A stretch of DNA of 64,000 nt from a virus. Positions 38,578 through 47,975 of this stretch are shown piece by piece; positions within the stretch are counted from its first letter, which is position 1, and every line of letters begins with the position of its first letter. The position numbers were made by a program, and so were the translations under genes. Below the pieces are notes generated by a model. That model saw nothing but the letters and a program-made list of their open reading frames with translations, ran no database searches and had not been told where the DNA came from. The stretch is taken from IMG/VR virus record IMGVR_UViG_3300045988_066341; one strand, 5' to 3'.

Positions 38578-38983
38578 CGATATTCAACTTATTTCTCTTG
38601 AATACGAATCCCATTACACGGGTGTCATCACCCTCCCCGTCAAGAACAAAATAATTACGTAGGCTTCTCATCTCAATAGACAGCTCACGGGTACGGAAAT
38701 TCCCGTTCTTCTTGTCTACCAAAAAACCGCCACGCTTTAGCTCATTGTTAAGGACAGCGATGTAAGATTCCTTTTGTCCATAACAATCCATGTACTTGGC
38801 TCTGGTATCATCCGAGTATCCGTAATTGATGTAGAAAGAAAGTAAGTTTATCGTCCTTTCAGTAATCAAGCTCCTACCCTTGGAATCCAGATAGCCGTTG
38901 TATATCCTTAAGAACTGCTGGATCATATCCAGCCTAGTGTCGTAAGGCAACGCGAATACGAAAGCTTTCCTCTGTTCCGGCAT
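38570..38983 (-). CDS. Hypothetical protein, first gene of the late operon
   Basis: 137 aa with a TAGTTTTG motif 17 nt upstream. Confidence 0.5.
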   Translation of the reverse strand: MPEQRKAFVFALPYDTRLDMIQQFLRIYNGYLDSKGRSLITERTINLLSFYINYGYSDDTRAKYMDCYGQKESYIAVLNNELKRGGFLVDKKNGNFRTRELSIEMRSLRNYFVLDGEGDDTRVMGFVFKRNKLNIDG

Positions 38984-39000
38984 ATAAAATTAGTTTTCGA

Positions 39001-39008
39001 CAAAACTA
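39001..39008 (-). promoter_or_regulatory. TAGTTTTG promoter motif
   Basis: 17 nt upstream of ATG 38983. Confidence 0.45.
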
Positions 39009-39084
39009 CTTAAAAAAAATATCGTTGTCAAGAAATTATGCCATAATCAACATAATATATGCTGATTAGCATGTATTTACGAAC

Positions 39085-39247
39085 ATCCAAAGGAAAAAGG
39101 TGGTGGAAATGGAGGAGGAAAGCCAGATAAGTCCACCGTAAGCCACGGCAACGAGGCCAGTTGAGCACCGGCCATACATGCCTCCGAGCGGCGGTGGACA
39201 GCTCTATCCTGCCTCACGGGACATGACCACACCTTTTCCCTTTGGAT
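39085..39247. repeat. GC-rich element B1
   Basis: ATCCAAAGGAAAAAGGTGGTGG ... CCACACCTTTTCCCTTTGGAT, giving ~20-bp inverted ends, with central CCGGCC at 39168. Confidence 0.75.
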
Positions 39248-39274
39248 GCCTTCCTGCCGTGCTATGGGATATAA

Positions 39275-39378
39275 ATCCAAAGGAAATGGGAAGTCTTGGG
39301 GCGATGGAGCCTGCCGTAGAGGATACGGGCGGCCGGAGCGTGAGCGACCGCACAAGACCTCACCTTTTCTCCTTTGGC
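39275..39378. repeat. GC-rich element B2
   Basis: ATCCAAAGGAAATGGGAAGTCTTG ... CAAGACCTCACCTTTTCTCCTTTGGCT, with central GGCCGG at 39331. Confidence 0.75.
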
Positions 39379-39654
39379 TTCTGCTCCGCCCGATCCCCTT
39401 CCGGGTCCCGGACTCCGGTAACATCATATGGCATTGTTATTATAAGCCTGCGGTGTCCTGCCTGACGGCACTACACCTTGGCAGTAAAAATATTAATTAG
39501 CTATATAGACATTTGACTTCATGATATACCCTACACAAAACATGGAGGATTAGGAAGTAGGATATATTAATATAGTTAATTATAATTAATAAATATACCT
39601 ATTAATGCGCGCGTAACAAGTATGATGTCAAAAATGATCATACAGAAACACAGA

Positions 39655-39670
39655 TATTTACCCCCCCCCA
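39655..39670 (-). promoter_or_regulatory. T-G9-TAAATA motif pointing toward the GC-rich cluster and late operon
   Basis: C9 at 39661-39669. Only a 21-codon ORF follows on the minus strand. Confidence 0.4.
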
Positions 39671-39789
39671 TTTTATTACGACAATTTCGTATAAACAACA
39701 AATGGGCGACCTTCACAGGCTACCCATCCATCCGAATAACTTGTTTCGTATTTACGGAACTCGTATATTCGCAGCAAATAAAATCTTCT

Positions 39790-40839
39790 ATGGGAACAAA
39801 GATAAGATTTTTACATATAATGAAATCAAATTTCGATAAGATTCTTACCGAAAGATATATTCCACGTAATATTCAGACCAAGAAAGATGAGCTAGGATGT
39901 GTAAAACTTCCAGCCGGATCACTTATATGTCCAGTTGATTTTAAGCCTGTTACCAATAAGGAAGGCAAGAAAGTGACAGCCATAAAATATTCATTGAAAC
40001 ATGAGGAGTATCATGGATCGGGAATCCAGATCAGCGATGAATGTAAGATGGCAATGATATATCTTATTATCATAAACGTATCCAAACATGTGTTTCTAAG
40101 AAAAAGGATGCAAGATGGAAACAGAGATCAGATAGAGATTAACACCAATGATTTTATTGATATCCTATCGGATGGATGCGCTTATTTCTGCTACCGACAT
40201 GTATTAAGGGATTCTCATGAGGATATGAACTACCAGCTTATAAGCTTAAAGGCTTGGGCTGAAGGAGAGATTATGATAGCTTTATCGGATATCATAAAAT
40301 ACAAGCATAAGGCTAGTAAGACCCCAAGGATAAAGGATATGTTTGTAAAGAAAGGAGAATCTGTATATACCTGCCTTGATAAAAATCTTGATTCGAATAC
40401 CAGAAGAAGGATGGCTAACAAAAGTCGTAAATTAAATAGAGTCAAGATGTTATCAAAAATAATATTCTCAGCTAGAAACAGAAATATAAATAAGATATAT
40501 AAGGTAACTAAAAAAAGAACTGTCAAATTCAATGTGTCATATCTTATGGATAGATTGAATATAAAGTTATCAAAAGAAGGTATGATGCTAATATCCCAAA
40601 GAACGGTATATCGGATGATAAAAGAAGTTCTTAGTATGTGCTGTAAGACTATATCCGATTTATATGATGAGGTAAAGAAAAACAATGGAATAGTCAATAC
40701 CAAAGACAGGAAAAACGTAACTATCGGACACCTAAGACTATCATACAGAGGAACGATAATGCATATAATTATCGCCGAATATTTTATAAAAGACGTTTTC
40801 TTAGGGGTAAAAGGGGTTGAGATGAGTAAGGCTGGATGA
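39790..40839 (+). CDS. Hypothetical Lys/Asn-rich protein with C-terminal HTH-like segment (start uncertain)
   Basis: The track ORF starts at 39622, but that region contains the C9 tract and looks non-coding, so the first plausible ATG is 39790 or 39820. ..ISQRTVYRMIKE.. is HTH-like. Confidence 0.5.
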   Translation: MGTKIRFLHIMKSNFDKILTERYIPRNIQTKKDELGCVKLPAGSLICPVDFKPVTNKEGKKVTAIKYSLKHEEYHGSGIQISDECKMAMIYLIIINVSKHVFLRKRMQDGNRDQIEINTNDFIDILSDGCAYFCYRHVLRDSHEDMNYQLISLKAWAEGEIMIALSDIIKYKHKASKTPRIKDMFVKKGESVYTCLDKNLDSNTRRRMANKSRKLNRVKMLSKIIFSARNRNINKIYKVTKKRTVKFNVSYLMDRLNIKLSKEGMMLISQRTVYRMIKEVLSMCCKTISDLYDEVKKNNGIVNTKDRKNVTIGHLRLSYRGTIMHIIIAEYFIKDVFLGVKGVEMSKAG

Positions 40840-40914
40840 TTTGAGTATCAGATACAAAATTTAATATTTATATATTATTTACATTTATTTCAATTAGTTA
40901 ATTATAACTATTCG

Positions 40915-40922
40915 TATCTTTG
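40915..40922 (+). promoter_or_regulatory. TATCTTTG promoter motif
   Basis: 20 nt upstream of ATG 40943. Confidence 0.5.
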
Positions 40923-40942
40923 TACCATAAACTTAAAAAGAT

Positions 40943-42352
40943 ATGGTAAAAGAGGATTTTAGAAATGAAAACGACCTCCTTCGTCATATTATGACGGTGG
41001 ATAAAAACGTGGAGCAGGGTCGTGCCTTGAAGAAGATTTTCACCACTAGGGAGAATCTGTTCATTACCGGTAGAGCTGGTAGTGGTAAAAGTACGTTCAT
41101 GAGACGTATCGTAAAGTTTTTGGGTAAGTGCGTTATCGTAGCACCGACTGGAGTAGCGGCGTTGAATGCCGGTGGACAGACCATTCATTCGTTCTTCTCT
41201 ATAAAGAACGATCCTTATATCCCTTCTATCGAGAGAGGTATGTTGTCGAATAAGGTGGATGTAAGTCCGTTTATGAAGAAGAAGATCAAGAATCTTGATA
41301 CTATTGTCATTGACGAGATCAGTATGGTAAGACCTGATTTGCTTGATGAGGTAGCTGACGTACTTAGACAATGCAGGCGTAGCAAGGAACCTTTCGGTGG
41401 AGTTAGGTTGATTATGTTTGGAGATCTATCACAACTACCTCCTGTGGTGACGGCGGATGATTTTATCGATAGGTATTATGAGAGCCGGTTCTTTTTCTCA
41501 TCTAAGGCATTAAGAGCCTCAGGATTCTCGGTCATTACCTTCGAGAACGTGTTCCGTCAAAAAGATCCTCAGCTTCTTTCCGTACTTGAGGATATAAGAT
41601 GTGGGGTTATTACCGATGAGTCAAGACAGATATTGGATAGTAGGGTCAAGTATCCGGATAATATGGATAATACTATAATTATATGCTCAACTAACAAAGA
41701 GGCGTATGAGATAAATAAGACTAATCTTGATAAGATCAATAATAAGGTATTTAAGTTCGATGCTACTGTATTCGGGGAGAAGCCTGTAGCGCCCTGTGAG
41801 GATGAGCTTATAGTAAAGGTAGGAGCTAAGGTCATAATAACCAGAAACGGCAATGGATATGTCAATGGCTCGATGGGTATCATAACCAGCATAGATACTA
41901 TTGATGAGACGATATATGTTCATCTAGATAACGATACTGAGGTGGAGATAACCAAAGAGAAGTGGGAGAAGATGAAGTATAAGCAGGTAGATGATTCCCT
42001 TGAAGGCATTTCTTGCGGCTATATAATACAATATCCATTGAGGTTAGGATACGCTATAACCGTTCATAAATCTCAGGGAATGACTTTAGATAATATATTC
42101 GTAGACATCAGCAGAGCCTTCGAAATAGGACAGATATATACCGCTCTTTCAAGATGTAGGTCTATAGACGGGCTTTATCTGAAATCAGTGCCTAAGGAAG
42201 ATATGGTACTGCTAAGCGATAAGATATCTGACTTTATAGAGAAGGTGGATGAGAATGAGGGTGTTTTGAATCCAGAAAAGATATCTGATATCGGTAAGGA
42301 TATGATCAAGAAACAACAGGATTTGTTTAATTTCGATGAATACGGATTATAA
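40943..42352 (+). CDS. PIF1/RecD-like SF1B DNA helicase
   Basis: GRAGSGKST (Walker A), VAPTGVAALNAGGQTIHSFF, VIDEISMV, AITVHKSQGMTLD, YTALSRCRS. TATCTTTG motif 20 nt upstream. Confidence 0.85.
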   Translation: MVKEDFRNENDLLRHIMTVDKNVEQGRALKKIFTTRENLFITGRAGSGKSTFMRRIVKFLGKCVIVAPTGVAALNAGGQTIHSFFSIKNDPYIPSIERGMLSNKVDVSPFMKKKIKNLDTIVIDEISMVRPDLLDEVADVLRQCRRSKEPFGGVRLIMFGDLSQLPPVVTADDFIDRYYESRFFFSSKALRASGFSVITFENVFRQKDPQLLSVLEDIRCGVITDESRQILDSRVKYPDNMDNTIIICSTNKEAYEINKTNLDKINNKVFKFDATVFGEKPVAPCEDELIVKVGAKVIITRNGNGYVNGSMGIITSIDTIDETIYVHLDNDTEVEITKEKWEKMKYKQVDDSLEGISCGYIIQYPLRLGYAITVHKSQGMTLDNIFVDISRAFEIGQIYTALSRCRSIDGLYLKSVPKEDMVLLSDKISDFIEKVDENEGVLNPEKISDIGKDMIKKQQDLFNFDEYGL

Positions 42353-43338
42353 TGGCTAAGAAAGAACTTTTTTCAGACGTAGATGAGTTAGTATCATCTT
42401 TAAATAAAGAGCTTGGAGAAGGCTCGATAATGAACTTCGGCGATGATAAGCCTATAATATCCATACCAAGGGAAAGCACTGGTTCTCTGGTGGTGGACAA
42501 GGCCCTCGGCGGCGGATGGGCGGTAGGCCGGATCCATGAGCTGGTCGGGATGGAATCTTGTGGCAAGACCATGATGTGTACGTTAAGTATGATCGAGTTC
42601 CAGAAAAAGCACCCCGATAAGCTGGTAGCTATAATAGACGTGGAGAACGCTTTTGATATCGAATACGCTAAGAAGATGGGATTGGACGTTAACCGGTTCC
42701 TTATTTCCCAGCCAAGCTACGGGGAGTTGGCTATCGATATCACGGCCAAGCTGGTGGAGTCCGGCAGGGTAGGATTCATTGTCGTGGATTCCGTGGCGAA
42801 CTTGGTCCCGAAGAAGGAGATCGAGGGTGATATGGAAGACAGCAACATGGGATTACAAGCCCGGTTGATGTCAAAAGCTATGAGAGTTCTTACCGGGATC
42901 GTAAACAAAAGCGATTGTGTTCTGGTATTCATCAACCAGTATCGTGAGAAGATTGGTGTAATATACGGTGATCCTAAGGTAACAACCGGCGGTAATGCCC
43001 TTAAATTCTACGCCTCTATCCGTATGGAAATGTCGAGGAAGAAGGTCATTGTAGGAGAAGACGGGTCTTCTATCGGTCATGAGGTTAGGATAAAGGTATT
43101 GAAGAACAAGACAGCTATACCTTTCCAGATAGCAGAGACGGCTTTGTATTATGGCGTAGGATTTGACAAGGAGCTTGAACTTTTGAAGTTATGTGAGGAA
43201 ACCGGTATCTTTACCCGTAAAGGATCATGGTACTGGTATGGCGAGGTCCGGGTAGGGAATGGAGTGGATAATACGTTAAGTATCATGAGGGATAATCAAG
43301 AATTGTGTCAAGAATTAAGAACTAAATTGAATTTGTAA
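42352..43338 (+). CDS. recA: RecA-family recombinase
   Basis: GMESCGKT P-loop. The stretch ..IDVENAFD..YAKKMG.D...LISQP..GE.A..I...L..SG....VVDSVA.LVP..EIEGDM.DS..GLQARLMS.A.R.LTG......C..VFINQ.REKIG...G.P..TTGGNALKFYAS.R follows the bacterial RecA core closely. Confidence 0.9.
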   Translation: MAKKELFSDVDELVSSLNKELGEGSIMNFGDDKPIISIPRESTGSLVVDKALGGGWAVGRIHELVGMESCGKTMMCTLSMIEFQKKHPDKLVAIIDVENAFDIEYAKKMGLDVNRFLISQPSYGELAIDITAKLVESGRVGFIVVDSVANLVPKKEIEGDMEDSNMGLQARLMSKAMRVLTGIVNKSDCVLVFINQYREKIGVIYGDPKVTTGGNALKFYASIRMEMSRKKVIVGEDGSSIGHEVRIKVLKNKTAIPFQIAETALYYGVGFDKELELLKLCEETGIFTRKGSWYWYGEVRVGNGVDNTLSIMRDNQELCQELRTKLNL

Positions 43339-43340
43339 TC

Positions 43341-43700
43341 ATGGCAATAGGAGTAAAATTTGTAGACGTAATACCGTCCAGTGTAGAGAACGCTGTCGAG
43401 GTTAAGAAAGGGGATGTGAAGAACTATCTGTTCGTAGGTATTCCCATGAGTGAGTTTATCGGAAAGAGATATGAGTATGAGGGATTCATATACATGTGCC
43501 TACAGGGTGTTACCGGTGGTACGGAACTTGGCGGCGATATAGCCATAGCCGTATTAAGACCAGTTCGGCCAGCGACAGGGCAGGCTTCTTATCATTTGGT
43601 GTCGTATACACCTCTTACGTATACGAGATCTGATGTAGCGATATTACTTAGAAATGGCGATTTTAAGGTTGTTAAACGAGACGATTGTAATCTTATCTAA
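43341..43700 (+). CDS. Hypothetical protein
   Basis: 119-aa ORF with 2-nt spacing. Confidence 0.5.
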   Translation: MAIGVKFVDVIPSSVENAVEVKKGDVKNYLFVGIPMSEFIGKRYEYEGFIYMCLQGVTGGTELGGDIAIAVLRPVRPATGQASYHLVSYTPLTYTRSDVAILLRNGDFKVVKRDDCNLI

Positions 43701-43701
43701 T

Positions 43702-43968
43702 ATGGGAACATATATCTCGATAAAATCAACGGTAAACGCATTCAGGTACGGTATTGATCCTATACCTGAATGGTTCGATAAGATATCTAACAAGACTGAT
43801 GAGGTTGATGTTATGGTTGAAGGGAATAAGGTAAAGGCATTGGATATAAGGCTAGAAAATGGCATTCTACGGGCTTTTTACGGTTATTATATAGGTATGT
43901 ATCCGGATAACTCAATACAGGTGTTTAGACCGGAGGATTTCCATTCATTATATACGTTGAAGTTATGA
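43702..43968 (+). CDS. Hypothetical protein
   Basis: Start moved to ATG 43702, just after the upstream stop. The track start at 43654 overlaps the previous gene. Confidence 0.45.
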   Translation: MGTYISIKSTVNAFRYGIDPIPEWFDKISNKTDEVDVMVEGNKVKALDIRLENGILRAFYGYYIGMYPDNSIQVFRPEDFHSLYTLKL

Positions 43969-44549
43969 ATATATCAATAGGTATAGATCCGGGTATAGAC
44001 ACCGGAGGATTGTCCATGATCCCAGAAAATGGCGAGGTTAAGGTAATTATGACTCCAAGGATATCGGTTAAGGGGGATATAGATCTTAGGGCTATATCAA
44101 GCTTCTTCCTCGATGCCGCTGACAAGATCCAAGAAAAGGGAGGCGGGACGCTGGCGATCGCCGTCGAGGACGTCCACAGCATCCACAACAGCTCGGCCGC
44201 CAGCAACTTCACCTTTGGCGGGAGACGCCGGGAACCGAACGCCCTATTCGCTATGATGGTGGAGATGATGGAGCGATACGGATCTCACCCGGATGTTAGG
44301 TTCATGTTCGAGGAGGTGCAACCAAAGACCTGGCAGAAGGAGCTTCATACGACAGCCGATCGGGTGTATACGGCGGCGAAGCTGGACACGAAGGCTACCT
44401 CCATCCGATGCGCCATGCGCCTTTTCCCTTTGGTCTCTTTCGTGAAGCCATGGTCAGGGAAAGGAGTACAACCTACTAAGATACAAGACGGAATGTGTGA
44501 CGCTACGCTTATAGCCGAGTATATTAGACGTAAGTTTAAATTATTTTAA
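43965..44549 (+). CDS. RuvC-like Holliday-junction resolvase
   Basis: ISIGIDPGIDTGG (first catalytic Asp), AVEDV, and C-terminal DGMCDATLIAEY, which resembles the RuvC DAxDAxAIA motif. Confidence 0.7.
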   Translation: MNISIGIDPGIDTGGLSMIPENGEVKVIMTPRISVKGDIDLRAISSFFLDAADKIQEKGGGTLAIAVEDVHSIHNSSAASNFTFGGRRREPNALFAMMVEMMERYGSHPDVRFMFEEVQPKTWQKELHTTADRVYTAAKLDTKATSIRCAMRLFPLVSFVKPWSGKGVQPTKIQDGMCDATLIAEYIRRKFKLF

Positions 44550-44592
44550 TACTATTAAGTATTTATTATATTTGTATTAATATAATTATGAT

Positions 44593-44600
44593 TACATTTG
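44593..44600 (+). promoter_or_regulatory. TACATTTG promoter motif
   Basis: 25 nt upstream of ATG 44626. A second TATATTTG lies at 44566-44573. Confidence 0.45.
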
Positions 44601-44625
44601 CAATGTCATGTAAAAGTTGTTTATT

Positions 44626-45726
44626 ATGTTGATAAAGTGCTTGTCGAAGTCATTAAATGAGAAGTTGGGTAAACTGGAGACGGTGGTTAAGAACGCCGGT
44701 TCCAACTCCCTTTATAAGGATCTTAAGATAGATGTTGTCAATAATCTGGCTTATATCACTTCCGTAAATGCCAAGGTATGTGTTATAGAGCGATTGGAGG
44801 TCGAGGCTGACTCTAACTTCTCTTTCTTGGTAGAGGCAAGCTCTTTTATTAAGTTCATGAAAAAACAGAAGAATTGCGAGATTACGATACTGCTTTCAGA
44901 TAAAAAAGATCAGATAACGATCCGCTATGCTTCTGGTGAGTATAGTTGTCCGGCTTTTGATATCAATACATTCCCGCAGGTACATAAGATACTTGATGGA
45001 GGAATTAAGGTTAAGATGAGCGATTATGTTTCGGTTCTTAACAAAGCCAGCGACTATACGGAGGTAGATGACTTTTATCCATGCATCGAGAATGTGGTCA
45101 TTGATATTGATGATATTAATATTAATATAGTAAGTACGGATAGAAATACTATTTACAGGTATTTTGTCCCTAATCAGGATAAGGTAGAGAAGATGTTTAT
45201 CCCGGTATCGAACGAATCCGCGATATTGCTTGATAAGCATATCAATAAGTCATCGGATATGTTGTCTATAAAAGTGGACGATACTAAGACTTATTTCTCT
45301 ACGCCTGATATGGATATGTATGAGACCCATTTTGAGGGTAATTATCCAAATTGGAGGTTCGTGGACGAGCATTTTGTCAAAACAAGTACCTATGTCTTTG
45401 ATAAGGATCTACTCGTCCAAGCCCTCCAAAACAATCTTAAGGTAAATGAGTTCGATCATTGCAAGTTGATATTTACCGATAAAGGATGCGGTATTATGTC
45501 AGAGAACCCGTCTTCCGGTAAATCATGTAAGGAAAGACTTACTTCTTTGTCTCATCATGGTGAAGATATTATATGTAACGTATTATGTGGAAGATATCTT
45601 GGTATTATAAAAAGCGTCTCATGTAATAGGGTGGTTATCGAGCATGATCATAAATCTCATTTCAATAAGATTTATGGGGAGGATAATAAGAACGAGTATT
45701 TCTTGTCATCATCAGTTATTGTTTAA
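44626..45726 (+). CDS. DNA polymerase sliding-clamp (DnaN-like) candidate
   Basis: About 367 aa, a length typical of beta clamps, in a replication context. Only weak motif-level resemblance. TACATTTG motif 26 nt upstream. Confidence 0.45.
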   Translation: MLIKCLSKSLNEKLGKLETVVKNAGSNSLYKDLKIDVVNNLAYITSVNAKVCVIERLEVEADSNFSFLVEASSFIKFMKKQKNCEITILLSDKKDQITIRYASGEYSCPAFDINTFPQVHKILDGGIKVKMSDYVSVLNKASDYTEVDDFYPCIENVVIDIDDININIVSTDRNTIYRYFVPNQDKVEKMFIPVSNESAILLDKHINKSSDMLSIKVDDTKTYFSTPDMDMYETHFEGNYPNWRFVDEHFVKTSTYVFDKDLLVQALQNNLKVNEFDHCKLIFTDKGCGIMSENPSSGKSCKERLTSLSHHGEDIICNVLCGRYLGIIKSVSCNRVVIEHDHKSHFNKIYGEDNKNEYFLSSSVIV

Positions 45727-45744
45727 TATTTAAAAATATATAAA

Positions 45745-46569
45745 ATGGGAGTTAGAGAAAATTCATCAGGTGGTAATAACCATTACTTTAAAGTAAGTGG
45801 TAGCGGATTATTATATCAGTCATCGAGAGAGCCAAAGGAAGGTTTCGAGGAGCATATAAACGAGAAGACCGGAGCCGTTTCTTATTGGAGGGTATTCTGG
45901 AACGGTATCGAAGGTTATTTGTCTGATATCAATGTGCGAGAAGTGGAGTTCAATGGGATAAAAGCCAAATACGTGTCCATAAAGATAAGTGATGAGGATG
46001 GTAATTATTTCATAAACGTTCCTTTGATGACTCAAAAAGGAGGTATTAATAATTACGTGAAGTCACTGGTAAGGTACTTGCCTAATATTGACCTAAAACG
46101 TAAGGTGGTAATAAATCCTGCTCATGCTAAGAAAGGGGATCAATATGCTCCCGGTAATTTTTTCATTTCATACGCTAGGGAAACTCCAGATGGGAAGGAC
46201 GAGCTTATCCAGCAATATTATAAGAACGGACAGAACGGATGGCCTGATAGGGTAGAGAGCACGGATATAATGGGTAACAAGAAATTCGATTATACGGCTC
46301 AAGACACTTTCGCTTTTCAAGTATTTAAACAATATCTTGAAAAGTTTAAGGCTGAAAACGAAAAATCGGAACAGGATAGAAGCCAAAGCATGGGCGCTAC
46401 GCCAACCGCACAGACGCCCCCACCGTCATATGCAACGCAGGCTCCATCGCAAACGCCTCCTCCATCATACCAGCAGGCTCCGCAGCAAGCGCAAGCCCCT
46501 TTGTTTGGAGGTCAACAACAACCTCCTCAATATCCTCCTTTTGGAGACGACAGTGATCTTCCATTTTAA
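45745..46569 (+). CDS. ssb: Single-stranded DNA-binding protein (atypical N-domain)
   Basis: Pro/Gln-rich linker and C-terminal acidic tip DDSDLPF, matching the bacterial SSB tail DDDIPF. The N-terminal domain was not recognised. Confidence 0.55.
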   Translation: MGVRENSSGGNNHYFKVSGSGLLYQSSREPKEGFEEHINEKTGAVSYWRVFWNGIEGYLSDINVREVEFNGIKAKYVSIKISDEDGNYFINVPLMTQKGGINNYVKSLVRYLPNIDLKRKVVINPAHAKKGDQYAPGNFFISYARETPDGKDELIQQYYKNGQNGWPDRVESTDIMGNKKFDYTAQDTFAFQVFKQYLEKFKAENEKSEQDRSQSMGATPTAQTPPPSYATQAPSQTPPPSYQQAPQQAQAPLFGGQQQPPQYPPFGDDSDLPF

Positions 46570-46595
46570 TTAACTAATTAAAAATCAGAAAGTTA

Positions 46596-46853
46596 ATGGA
46601 GAGTAATTTCAATATATCTACTAAAGTGAATCGTGTCTCGATGCCTACCCAAAATAAGGTAGATACGGTTATGAAGAACCTAGGGCATCGATCTTGTATA
46701 GCGTATTCCGAGGAAAAGGATATGTATTATAAGGATGGAGAATGGGTAGCGTCAGATCTTGACGCTACTATCTTACCTCTTAGGGAGATGTTCGAGAAGA
46801 CATCTGATTTGAAGTTAGGATTGAAGATCGTTTATTTAATAATCAAATTATAA
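46596..46853 (+). CDS. Hypothetical small protein
   Basis: 85-aa ORF. Confidence 0.45.
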   Translation: MESNFNISTKVNRVSMPTQNKVDTVMKNLGHRSCIAYSEEKDMYYKDGEWVASDLDATILPLREMFEKTSDLKLGLKIVYLIIKL

Positions 46854-47401
46854 TGGCCAGTATTGAGGATATTAAAAAGCTTCTGGAAAGCAAGTCGTTT
46901 ACATCAGCCAGAGACCTTGATGAGCTTGAGGAGAAGCCGGATGATAAACAAAACGAGGTTAGATTGAATTGCGACCCTATGGTAGGGATGATGGAGGAAG
47001 AGGGGAAGATCTTCCTTAACTCCGTAAGATTCTCGAAAGCATGGAACTCGTTGGGTAAGGATATTCCTATCAAGCAGGGTAATGCTTTCCCATTAGGGCA
47101 GGGTGATGTCCTTGATATAGACACAGGGGTATGGGCATCGTTCCCGGATAATACCATAGGGGTGTTGATGATGCTGCCGTCGTTTACCGGAGATACGGGA
47201 CTTACTTTGGTAGGATCACCGTTCGTATCGTCTAATAACGGGAATATCATGATCAGGGTCACTAATGTCCGTAAGGATATGGCTATAGTCGAGAAAGACA
47301 AACATATAGCTGAGTTAATTATAGTCGGCAAGATAAAAGCCGATATTTTTAGAACTTATAAAAGTAATGAGGATGTTCGGATTGAAGATAGTAAAGAGTA
47401 G
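46853..47401 (+). CDS. Degenerate dUTPase-fold-like protein
   Basis: 182 aa. ..DTGVWASFPDNTIGVLMMLPSFTGDTGLTLVGSPFVSSNNGNIMIRVTN.. resembles the dUTPase beta-barrel but lacks the RSS and GxxDxxYRGE motifs. Confidence 0.35.
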   Translation: MASIEDIKKLLESKSFTSARDLDELEEKPDDKQNEVRLNCDPMVGMMEEEGKIFLNSVRFSKAWNSLGKDIPIKQGNAFPLGQGDVLDIDTGVWASFPDNTIGVLMMLPSFTGDTGLTLVGSPFVSSNNGNIMIRVTNVRKDMAIVEKDKHIAELIIVGKIKADIFRTYKSNEDVRIEDSKE

Positions 47402-47975
47402 CTATATAAATACTCTAAAACAGGATCTTGATGAAGCTATTAGCTATTCAAGTAGATTAAAAAGGGATTATGAGGATTCCCGCAAGAAGATAACGGAATT
47501 AGAAGAGAAAGTAGGGTATCTTGAAACTCTTTCCGATTCCCTTAATATGGATATAGAACAAAAGGATTCTATTATAATTAAGATGGGTAATGAGCTTAGT
47601 AAATCAAGAGAGATATATAATGAGTCGGTAAAAGAGAAAGAAACTCTTAAACGGGCTTATATGGATATCGAGAAGAAACATAAACTATCATCTAAATTAC
47701 TCGATGAGGCTAGAAGAAGATATAAGGAACTTGAGGACCAGAATAAAATCATGTCAGATCGTATCAAGTATCTGGAGGCAGAGATTTTAGACATCGATGT
47801 TCCTAATGAGGTTGTTGTTGATGAGGATAAGATGGATCCTAACTCAGGTCATATTGATATACCTGAAAATAACGCCCCTGAGGTCGCTGATGCCGGTATT
47901 GACGTAAATGTCGAGAATAAGGCGGAGGATAAGAAGAAATCTAAGAAACGTAAAAAATCTAAGAAAAGTGAATAA
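47367..47975 (+). CDS. Coiled-coil protein with poly-Lys C-terminus
   Basis: 202 aa with heptad-like charged sequence, ending KKKSKKRKKSKKSE. Confidence 0.5.
   Translation: MRMFGLKIVKSSYINTLKQDLDEAISYSSRLKRDYEDSRKKITELEEKVGYLETLSDSLNMDIEQKDSIIIKMGNELSKSREIYNESVKEKETLKRAYMDIEKKHKLSSKLLDEARRRYKELEDQNKIMSDRIKYLEAEILDIDVPNEVVVDEDKMDPNSGHIDIPENNAPEVADAGIDVNVENKAEDKKKSKKRKKSKKSE

Noticed and set aside
39077-39500. Three mutually overlapping ORFs inside the GC-rich cluster. The same applies at 10017..10300, 52089..52289, 54795..55220, 56282..56470, 57602..58035 and 62325..62744.
   Set aside because: They exist only because the GC-rich palindromic elements lack stop codons. They overlap each other on both strands, are Pro/Gly/Arg-rich, and have no start context.
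39622-39789. The N-terminal 56 codons of ORF 39622..40839, which include the C9 tract as Pro-Pro-Pro
   Set aside because: The region looks non-coding, and the tract matches the minus-oriented T-G9-TAAATA motif seen at four other sites. The start was moved to ATG 39790, but this remains uncertain.
40898-41371. Minus-strand ORF antisense to the helicase gene. Similar antisense ORFs occur at 23076..23537, 41569..41923, 42717..43080, 46843..47331, 48291..48737 and 50453..51093.
   Set aside because: Each lies fully inside a well-supported gene on the other strand and has an implausible composition.
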